In this document: positions 54,601 to 64,000 of the stretch, piece by piece
Layout of the letters: each line of letters starts with the position of its first letter
Numbering within the stretch: position 1 is the first letter of the stretch
Assembly: GCA_965285935.1 (NCBI GenBank)
Contig: OZ260661.1
Coordinates: forward strand, 43,338,001 to 43,402,000
DNA length: 64,000 nucleotides
Direction of reading: 5' to 3'
DNA from: Ophelia neglecta
Lineage: Eukaryota
Notes under the pieces: model-generated
Databases searched by the model: none
What the model was told of the DNA's origin: nothing
What the model saw: the letters and a program-made list of their open reading frames with translations, nothing else
Made by a program: the position numbers and the translations under genes

Positions 54601-56656
54601 CAGTCCCATTGTTATATTTCAAAAAGTTATCTTTCAATGCTATGAGGTACTCTATATATATGCCTACTTTATAGACATTACCGGTACCTTAAATGAACCT
54701 TCCATTAAAATTAAAGTGTTATTCAGTGAGTGCATATATACTGAAGAAAAAAGCGACATCATAAAAATACGTGACATGGAAATTTCCGGGGCATCCATTA
54801 CGGGACAGGCGCTTTATGTGCAGCTGCTAACCTCTAATATATTAATATGCTTGGTTGCTACTTCACCATGATTTTATTTCTTTAAATCCTCAATCTATTT
54901 ATATAATTTGGTTATAAGTATTTATGGCAAAATAAATCTAAGGACTGTGGAAGGTGGTATACGATAGGCTGAGCAATGTTGTAGAATCACAACCATTCGG
55001 ATGCGTGAAACTGTGTGTAACGTGCGTTACAAGTCCATCTGTGTGGATATGTTTAGTGTAGGCCTCCATGGCTATCTGTATAAGGAGGCACTTCGCTTGG
55101 TTTAATATGTATACTTCGGTAAAGAAGGGGGGGGGGGGGGTAAGCTTCATTTTATTAGTTTTCAGAGTCATGCAGGAAACACATGTGTGGGGTCCATGTT
55201 AGGCTGACCCTTAAATGGGCACGTTTTCCAGGAACGGAATTCACGTGTAGGCCTATGGTATACATTTTCGGCAAGCCTAACGTAGAAGGATATGCTTTTA
55301 TAAATTATTTTTTAGATAAAACTTATTTCTATATAAATATAGGAGGCTATTGTGTTTACAGGTATTTGTAAATACATTTAATAGTTAGGTACAATTTACA
55401 TAGGGTGGTTTTCAGTACCTAAAAGGCACCTTCCCGTCTAAACGTTGTGTAGCTAAAAGATACTCTCTAGGGCTACGCCAAATATATATCCTCATCTCAG
55501 TTTGAAAAATATTAGGCCTATGAATACTTCGAGCATTGCCGCATTTTTTTTACTTGTAATATCAGAAGTGTGTTCACTTGCTTGCTGAAAATGGCGATAT
55601 ACAAAAAAAAATCATTTAAACTTATTATTCATCAAGTTCGAGTATATGTACTATCCAAAGGTATACAAAAATACAGAATCGTAAAAACCGCAGACGACAA
55701 ATGGGAAATTCTTTGGCGGTGTCCGTCTGAAGGGCAACAAATTTGTCCACATTTGGCACATTGAGCACGTGCCCTAGACGTATGCGGTTCATTCATGTGT
55801 CATTGTAATCACAAGGGAGATATGACTGATATGACTACTTCATATACATCACATAATATATAACCGCATCTATTGGGTGCGTGACATCTAGCCAACTCTT
55901 GAGATTATCGTTGCCGCCCGCCCTTATAAGATGTTTTGGAACGGCAACAGTTAAGATTAAGAATTTTATTATTAAAAATATATCTCTGTCCAATTTGAAT
56001 TACATATCCCATTGACACGTACATTCTGCAAAACTTACTACAAATTAACCATGTCCTTCCAAACATGCACCGGCGCATGAACGTTAATCATTGTTTTCAA
56101 ACAATAAAAAAACTTGTTCTTCAACTTCAAATATGAAACAAAATTGCTAAATAGTAAACATTTCACCATTATACTTTAATTAATATCATCCAGACCCCAC
56201 ACACGACTTATTACATGTTCCTTTCTATGATGAGCAATGATATTTAAATTTGCTTAGCCCATGGTTTTTTGAGTCATCTGTCTTGGCTGAAAACGGTTTC
56301 TGGACAGTTAGGCTTCTGTTAAACACTAACTCTGACTTACTGTATTCTGGCAATTGTCTGTTATCTGCCTCACAAACAAGATTTCAGCTTGCAGTTCCTG
56401 TCCAAATCGATATACTTCGATCGTTCTCTCACGATAATTTAGATCCTGATCTCGACATTTTCCACTCCACGGTCCAAATGAATGCCATATCAGCGAGGTT
56501 TTAATTTGTGATTTGACCGCTTCTTCTGCCGTTCCGAATCAGCAGGAATCGTGCAGTGTCGATGTACATGTATCTGATATACTATACAGAATAAACCAGA
56601 CCAGATCCAGGTCTTTACCACACGAGCAAGCAATCACTTCTCCTGGCGTCCTTCGA

Positions 56657-56800
56657 AATACAATACAATACAATATGGTTTTATTGGCCAAGAAACTAAT
56701 AAAGATTATGGTTGATATATTGTATAAAGTTACAAATACAAAAGTATTCTTGACAAAAGGGGTGGGACACCAACTGATGTATCCACCTCATCATGAATAA
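56657..56800 (-). mobile_element. Probable 3' end of a truncated LINE/SINE (CR1/L2-type tail)
   Basis: On the minus strand: a short stem-loop (GGTGG...CCACC, 56761-56787), T-rich sequence, AATAAA (56680-56685), then a (TATTG)3-4 microsatellite tail. Confidence 0.5.
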
Positions 56801-58314
56801 CTCAGCAGAAATTACATGCTGTGGGGAAAAAAGGAAAGAAACAAAGTAAAATGAAAAATAAATATTACACTTGAAAGAAATAAAGTTCTAGTAGAAATAT
56901 GGGTGGTTTTGTACCTATTCTAAGGCTTAACAGAAGGAATGACGATATTTTCAAAGTGATACAATGATGTTTCACCGACTTATGGAACAATGCTTAATAC
57001 TCTTCAAGTTAATTCAAGGAAAACAATACATGTAGACCTGTGGAATTGATCTACCCTTTAACGAGTAGTGTGCTGAGGGGTAATAGACGTTGCACCTTGC
57101 AGTAAGGGCACACCATCCCCACCCGGCACCCCCACCCCACCCCTCGCCAACACAGCCCCTTGATAGAGGATTTGGGTGGTTTTGAAACGCAACCTACAGC
57201 TTAAGAGCCAGCTTCACTCCGGCTGTAGTCGTGTGCAGTCCGCACAGCCACCTTCCCAGTGGAAAGTTAATGCCATATAGATAGTGTTTGTAAGGATTCC
57301 AGATGGCCATAGTATGTAGATGCCTTGGAACATAAAGGCGCGTGTCAAACGTTTCACATTTAACCTGCACCAAATCCCCAATGGCGAAATTACCGCCCCT
57401 TAATTCAAGTGCCACTTAAAGGCATGCAGCTTTAAAATTGGCTTTGTGTTTGGGCTACCGATTAACTAGGTCTAAAAAGCCTTTTCTTGTAGAACTTTTC
57501 GTGTAGTATCCAACAGCTATGCACTTTTAGTGTACTACAACTTACACTAGAGGACGCCATCATCTAAGTACACTCATCTAACAGCCTGCTATGTTAAACA
57601 AATTTAATGTTACCTATTTTCTTGCTTTCACAGTTACTGATATACGTGGTATTTAATATCCATTAAAAAGTTATATGATTTTCCTTCAAATATGAAACTG
57701 ATTTAATTATGTAAACTATAATTTTTTGTAATCATCAGGTAAATTTGAGCAGAATCCAGGTAAAAATCTGGCCGCCAATGCCAATTACCTAATTTTGCCG
57801 AAAAATGCTACAAGCCAAATTACAAATTGGTCAATATATTTCAGTGGGATCCTCTTTTAGAGAGTGATGCCGGTAGTCCATACAGGGGAATCAAAGCTCC
57901 TGGTGGTTTGAGAGTCAAACGGATCCCCCCCCCCCCCCCCTACTCTATTCATTCCATTCCATCCATGAATTGCTTTCTCCCCATCCCCTCCATTTGTTTA
58001 TTGAGTTACAATAAAATTGCAGTAATATCATTGGTACTAGTCAATAGCAAGACTATTGGAACTTGAATTGAGACTATGACAGTCTTGAAAAAATATTTTT
58101 GGTCATAACTCCTGAAATCTCATCTTCTAAGACAGCAGTTGTGATGCATCATATAAGTGGTATCAATTGATTAACAAGGAAAAATCCCAAACTCTGTTAA
58201 CTGTAGATCTTTTTTTTATAGCACATGACCCCTAATTTTGATTTCACTTTTGAAATGAGAAAGAATAAGCTAACTTCTAAAAAAAATTTCGATTTTTTAC
58301 CTGATTTTTAAAGA

Positions 58315-58430
58315 GTCCCTATTGAGACCTAAGCAGTTGACCACCCTGAATTTGTCCCTGAGACCTAAACAGAGGACCAACCTAATTTTTTCCCTGTTGA
58401 GACCTAGCTAGATGATCACCCTTATTTTGT
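58315..58430. repeat. Degenerate ~38-bp tandem repeat x3
   Basis: TCCCT(..)GAGACCTA......GA(C/T)CA.CCT..ATTT repeated three times. Confidence 0.7.
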
Positions 58431-58818
58431 CATTGGTAGCTATAATATAATTATAATTAATTGTGATAATGCATGAAGCTAATTTTAGTCCAAATGGGAA
58501 ATTAAACATTGTTTGGCTTTTGTAGAGATCTATTCCGTGGTTCCTGAAAAACACCCAACACATTTTTGTATATGAATTTTATATGATGAAAAGCATGCAT
58601 GGACATGTTATTTACCCATTAAAACTATTGCATATTTGTAATACATGTATACATTTTGCCTTAATTGTAAAGACAAGCAGACTATATCTGCAATAAATCA
58701 CTTTAATACCCTTTTATCTTATTCACATTTTATTCCATATTTTGCTGTTTTCACCAATATATGCAATTTCAAGTGTACAACTGCAAAAATGTGCATGGAC
58801 TGATGCAAATTTGACTAA

Positions 58819-59200
58819 GGGAGCGTTCATTATTAATGGCCGGGGGGGGGGGGGGGGGTGGTGGTAAATTTTTGAAATGAGTACGTCAAAAAAAAATTGC
58901 CCCCCCTGGAAATAGGTGGGAAAAAAATTGCCCCCCCCTCAGAAATAGGTGGAAAAAAATTGCCTCCCCCCATCAAAGACAGAATTTGGCTAAGTTTTAT
59001 CAGTTTCACTACACACTTTTGTACAATATATATTTCTAAATAAAATTGCGCACCCTGTGAATAGACTAAAAAAAAACTGTCCCCCCCATGGAAATGGGTT
59101 GAAAAAAAACTGTCCCCCCCATGGAAATGGGTTGAAAAAAAACTGTCCCCCCCCAAATTTACCCCCCCCCCCCCCCCGGCCATAAATAATGAACGCTCCC
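58819..59200. mobile_element. Non-autonomous DNA transposon (MITE), PIF/Harbinger (Tourist-like)
   Basis: Terminal inverted repeats GGGAGCGTTCATTATT(A/T)ATGGCC+G-run with one mismatch; TAA on both sides (58816-58818, 59201-59203); 382 bp; internal A-run/C-run subrepeats; no credible coding capacity. Confidence 0.92.
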
Positions 59201-61767
59201 TAATCAGACCCGTGGATGATAATTCCAGGATATATCATTTTCTGTATAACAAAAATGTAACAAGAGTGATTTATATTTGCTATCTAAGGTATATGTTACC
59301 TTCCCAAAGCATTCTGTACAGCTCACCTACCATACTTCAACAACATAAGTTTTACAGTAATATCACAAGCTCATTGCTCAGATATCATGGTATAAGAATA
59401 CTTTGACTGCTGTAGAGTCTAAAAATAAAATAATTATGAAAAGTTAATGTAACTGTGCTAAAAAAGGGTAAATTTGTATTTAAAATCTATCAATTTGGAA
59501 GAGAATTCATTGCAGTCTAGTTATATTTAACTTCAACTATTGCACTGAAATGAACAGTGTTGAAAGTGTTACACATTTTGTTCCTCTCACAATAGATCTT
59601 TAAGTGTAACACATTTCAATGCCTTAGTAAAAGCCTGTGAAATCCATTCCTTGATGTTTGCTGGTATTGGGCACACATTATTATGCTCCACACTAATTTT
59701 GTTTTTTTGAAGTACACAAAATCTGAAAATGCCTACCAATGTGTCACTATTGTATGCAAAACTTTGATTGTTTTGACTGTGGGCCTAAAGGTACTTCTTT
59801 GATGAGATGAAAAGAAACATATTTTAAATAAAAAGGCAGGAAATCCCACTCGTGGCGATGTTGAGAAGAGAGACACCCAATACATGTAATAGAACTTGTG
59901 AAGTAGGAACAAAGTCTTAAAAATTAACAAAAAACAGAGCTCCATATAAGTACAATGTAGCCTTACAAATCTCACATCAAAAATCTCACATATGTAATAA
60001 ATTGAGGTACAGACATGATTAATCATTTAATTTTTAAGTGCAGGCTTGACTAAAGGGGATATCGTGTCCCCTATACGCTGTGGATTGTACTCAACTGCTA
60101 GGTTATACATGCACAAATGTGTATTCATATAGTTTAGACTACAGTGTTTTACAACTAACTGCCTACTTCTGAGAGTTTGCAAATTTAAAGCTGTCATCCA
60201 GACTGTATTAAGCTCTACACAAAAACAAAGGGTAAGAGAAGTAAAAAATGAAACTTTAGTCCTCTGACACTTTTGTTGGGTCTTCAAAATGTCGTGTTAA
60301 AATCAAATATCAAACTTGACACTTATTTTAAATAAAAAGCACAAAGCAAACCTGTAATTTCCTGATAAATGAAATATGAAAAATATCAACTAAATATTAA
60401 TTGCTACATTGAATGCTTTTGATAACTTGCTAAGAACCATTCCATGCAGTTTCCTATAGGCCCCAATGAAGTTCTTTGATCAAGTGGTTAAATAAAATAA
60501 AGGTTGAATTTAACTTTTCAGGTCAAACTGAACTCATCATTGGAGTCCCAGTATAATATATCTTCCTAAATTATTTATGCTCCCAATACTAATCCAGGAT
60601 CTGTTTAACTGCCATAAGAAAGCAAAGAATATATAAATTCTCTCAATGTTTGGTATTTCTAACTAGACTTTAAACCTTTCCTTAATAAATCAATTCATGC
60701 TTACATGAGAACACTGTTGTATTTATTGTATTGAGGGTTGATCCCTGTCAATTTTCACCTTACAGGGTCACTACTTTTAGGCATAGAGTCTTTACAAGCT
60801 TCAACATGCAATTTTTATTTCAGAAGCAGTACATGTTGTAGGGTCTTGAAAATTACTCGTTACATAATTCTCAGTTCTATACGCATCATGTATTCCAAAA
60901 CAATTCTGTTGGTCAAGGTGTTAGCACTAACACTGGCAAATGTGCAACCCACTTTTTTACTCTAAAAATACTAACTGGACAGCACAAGCCACAGTACTGT
61001 GGATATGAAACCTGCTTAAGAGATCAAATACTGTAACCAGATCTAGCTGGATGACAATTAAATTTCTTTGGTACATTAGGTGTTAACTCTCTTTGGTTCC
61101 TTGATAGTCGTCCATGGAATTGTGACTAATGACTGAATACATTATTTGCTAATTATTTATCAATATACCTGGCTGGTTACATACATGTACAAACATTGAC
61201 ATGATTTCAATATAAACCGGCATTAACTTAAATCATTTAGGGATTAAGCAGAAGCACCTCTGATTCCACATCAGCAAAATTAATAATTTATCATACTAAA
61301 ATTTAGGAGGCAATGGTATGAGCAGTAGATGCATGTACAGGAACGTCCATTAAACTGGTAAATCTTATTCATTCTGAATATATTATGTACATTTAGGCAT
61401 TTCAGCCACAGTGATTGTCTTAGCTAAATTTACAGGCATTCAAATATGTTATAATATATTTACAAATAAATCATTGCTGGGCAGTGACTTTGAGGTTTAA
61501 ACTGTAATCACCTTAACAATAAACATGATAGGTGATTATCATCTGTGGAAGCCTGGTGACAGCAGTAAAAGTGCAGTTTGAATAAAATATATAGGTTCAT
61601 CTACAATATCTTTATATTATACTACATCTAAATCAATGGAAATTAAGTTACTAAAGCTAAGTTTCCTAGGGGAGATATGGCAACGGAGAACTTAAGGTTA
61701 TCAGTGTGAGGAGGTCAAATTCTAAAAGTGAAATAATCTCCTTGATACCAATATAACAAATAGCTGC

Positions 61768-62025
61768 TCAACGACGTCTTCCCCCACCTCTAGGAGGAGG
61801 GGGTCTATTCTTTGTTTCTTTACACTTAGGTATGTGTCTTTCTGCGGCACCTTCATTAAATTTGCGGCTACAGTAAGGACACTCAACATAGTCAGGGTGC
61901 TCTGTGGGTGGCGGAGGGGGCAGATCAGCAATATTTCCTCCATTTTTCTCATACTCAGACACTTTCTTATTGTAGCGCAGCGTCTTTAATAGTTCCTCAT
62001 GAGCCTTCCTCCAATCTTTCTTTGG
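61768..62025 (-). CDS. ZC2HC1C: ZC2HC1C-like gene, last coding exon (second C2HC finger)
   Basis: Pyrimidine tract + CAG|CCAAAGAAAGATTGG; encodes KKDWRKAHEELL...LPPPPP..HPDYVECPYCSRKFNEGAAERHIPKC, stop at 61768; 131-nt GT-AG intron at 62026-62156. A coiled coil followed by two C-terminal fingers fits ZC2HC1C better than ZC2HC1A. Confidence 0.9.
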   Translation of the reverse strand, partial: PKKDWRKAHEELLKTLRYNKKVSEYEKNGGNIADLPPPPPTEHPDYVECPYCSRKFNEGAAERHIPKCKETKNRPPPPRGGGRRR

Positions 62026-62156
62026 CTGAAAGGGGGAGAAATAATACAATGCATATCTATCATGTAATGGAAACAAGTTTAACATATCCTAGTACATTCA
62101 AATAACTACAAGGATATAAATACCGTACAGAATCAATTGTAGCTTTGAGGACTAAC

Positions 62157-62858
62157 CTTTTTTGGCTCCTCCTGTTGATGTTTTTTGTTGACATACTGTG
62201 CTGCCTCAGTGCCTTGAGTTCGCATCTTGACCGGGTCAAACACTTTCCGTTTGGCCTGGGCTTTATCTGCCTTGTTGCAGGCTTTCTCATGCTTTTTAAT
62301 CCTCTCTTCTGCAAACTTCCTTCCACACACCCGGCATGGTAAGAGATTGGTAGGGGGTTCGTAGGTGGCATCTAAAGGGACATCGTAGCCTAACTGATCA
62401 AGCCTCTTGTTTTGTGGAGCCTTGCTTTTCTGTTTAGGACTTTCTGTCCCCTTCTTTTGTGGAGGCTGTTTTCGCTTCGGAGGGGGAGGAGAAGGGTGCC
62501 TAGGGGGCGTGGACTCCCTTGGAGGCGGAGAGGTCTTTCTGGAATGTCTAGGAAGGGGAGGTGATAGAGAGATTTCCATTGCATATCCACCTTTGGCAGG
62601 TGGTTTACTTTCAGGAGGACTTGGTTCATGCTGAGCTTGTTCCATAGGGGCACTTTGTCCAGCCTTATGCTTCACAGTGACAGGTTTTCGGGGCATGATG
62701 TCCTCCCTAGGTGAAGTTGCATGCTTCTGTTCTTCAGAGGACCATTTTCTGGAGTGATTACTGTGCTCAGGAGAAGAATCCTGCCAGTCCAGTTGTTTCA
62801 CCCTAGGCTTGCTCCTCTTCAGTCTCTCTCTTTCCTTCTGCCTTTGCTCCTCGGCTAA
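62157..62858 (-). CDS. ZC2HC1C: ZC2HC1C-like gene, penultimate coding exon (Pro-rich linker + first C2HC finger)
   Basis: 702 nt, phase 0/0, tttAG|TTAGCCGAG...AAAAAG|GTTAGT; encodes CRVCGRKFAEERIKKHEKAC followed by KRKVFDPVKMRTQGTE, typical of the ZC2HC1 family. Confidence 0.88.
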
Positions 62859-63373
62859 CTAAATTAAATTAACTAACTAAATTCAATGTCCATCAACATC
62901 AGTGACAAATACTTTGAAGTTTTTTGTGTTTGCTAAGTGCCCAAAATGTGCATCATGTTGCAAACAGTATAGTAAAAACAAGATATAATTCCACCCCAAC
63001 AGCCATGGGCATACATGAACATGAATATTCTGATCCTCCCTGTTTATATGCTACTCGTACATTGAATTTTATTTGTTTTCACCTAAGGCTGTGGTGGCCA
63101 TTATATTTTTCTTAACAAGGTAGCAACAGATGAGAAATATGTTGCAAACTAAATGCAGATAAATTAATGTTTTATGCGTTGACAACAATGCTATGGGTGT
63201 TGGTCTGTAGGTCACTGATATACATCATACTTTACTTGACTGTATCATCAGCTCGTAAGCCGTCATGTAAACCAAGAAATACATAACTGTGCACCACATA
63301 CTCTACCATATTTGTCATATTCTGCATAAGCCAATATTCCCTGTAAGTGTTTTGGTAAGATGTTCCCACATAC

Positions 63374-63475
63374 CCTCTGTTGCTGTATGCTTCTCATTTT
63401 ATGTAGCTCCTTTTCTTTTTCTGCAATAAGAGCCAGCACATCCTCCTGTCGTTGTCTTCTCTGCATCTCTTCAAT
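63374..63475 (-). CDS. ZC2HC1C: ZC2HC1C-like gene, internal coding exon (coiled-coil segment)
   Basis: cttAG|ATTGAAGAG...CAGAGG|GTATGT; 102 nt, phase 0/0; encodes IEEMQRRQRQEDVLALIAEKEKELHKMRSIQQQR and splices in frame to the next exon. Confidence 0.8.
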
Positions 63476-64000
63476 CTAAGGAACAATTTTATAAAGTAGT
63501 TTAATAGTACCAAGTTTCATTTATATCCTTCCCACTAAATCAAGATTGTCAGATTGTAATGGTTACCCCTATGAAATGGTATACTTTATATTCCAAAAAA
63601 GTGAATGGTTTGTTTTTGGGAAACATGTGTCATTTCGGTGTAAGGTTTTTTTCAACTGCTCTGATTACAAAGTCTGTAACCTGTTGTCACACAATCAGCT
63701 TTGATACTTACTGAAAAGTATGATGCATTTAAATTAAATAATAGCTGGATTTTTTATTTATTTATGTGTTTTTTTAACTGGTTTGGAAAAAGCTGGCCAA
63801 GAATATACTGTATGTAGTTAAACAAAAAAATTATAATATGAGACTATTCTATTTTATTCAATAGGAAACATTATTTTCTGTTTGTAGCTGAGTACCCATA
63901 CTGAATAGTGAATGAGCAAAAGCATCTAATATTCCTAAGTCACTGGGTCTAAAATGAATTCACTCTTATTGCACTCATTCTGAAAATAAAAATCTGCTGA

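Noticed and set aside
58355-58376. TCCCTGAGACCTAA resembling the 5' end of miR-125/lin-4
   Set aside because: It is one unit of a degenerate tandem repeat, the 3' half does not match, and no precursor hairpin is evident.
58833-59183. 116-aa Gly/Phe/Pro-rich ORF
   Set aside because: A by-product of the MITE homopolymer runs and internal repeats.
61678-61700. Partial complementarity of the ZC2HC1C 3'UTR to miR-184 (ACGGAGAACT)
   Set aside because: Only a 10-nt match, with the seed broken at positions 2-3; compatible with chance.

Overview
Eukaryotic animal DNA, probably from a marine invertebrate (spliceosomal introns, frequent TACATGTA, patchy CpG depletion), with no prokaryotic features. 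The main element is a young, 5'-truncated L1/Tx1-clade non-LTR retrotransposon (44770-49516) with a perfect 16-bp target-site duplication, AATAAA plus a 24-A run, and an almost intact APE-endonuclease/RT/CCHC ORF2 (one +1 shift in an A8 run). Its surviving ORF1 C-terminus is a zinc knuckle fused to a full-length NADAR (YbiA-like) N-glycosidase/ADP-ribosylhydrolase domain, which is the most unusual thing in the window. It appears to be nested in a much older, decayed RTE-X-like LINE. The right end holds the last three coding exons of a ZC2HC1C-like gene (minus strand) and a PIF/Harbinger-type MITE (58819-59200). The left 31 kb looks like one long, CpG-depleted plus-strand intron ending in a candidate terminal exon (31147-31275) and a ~6 kb 3'UTR of an unidentified gene. 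Several minisatellites and one perfect 15-bp hairpin are also present. All family assignments come from motif recognition by eye; no searches were run.
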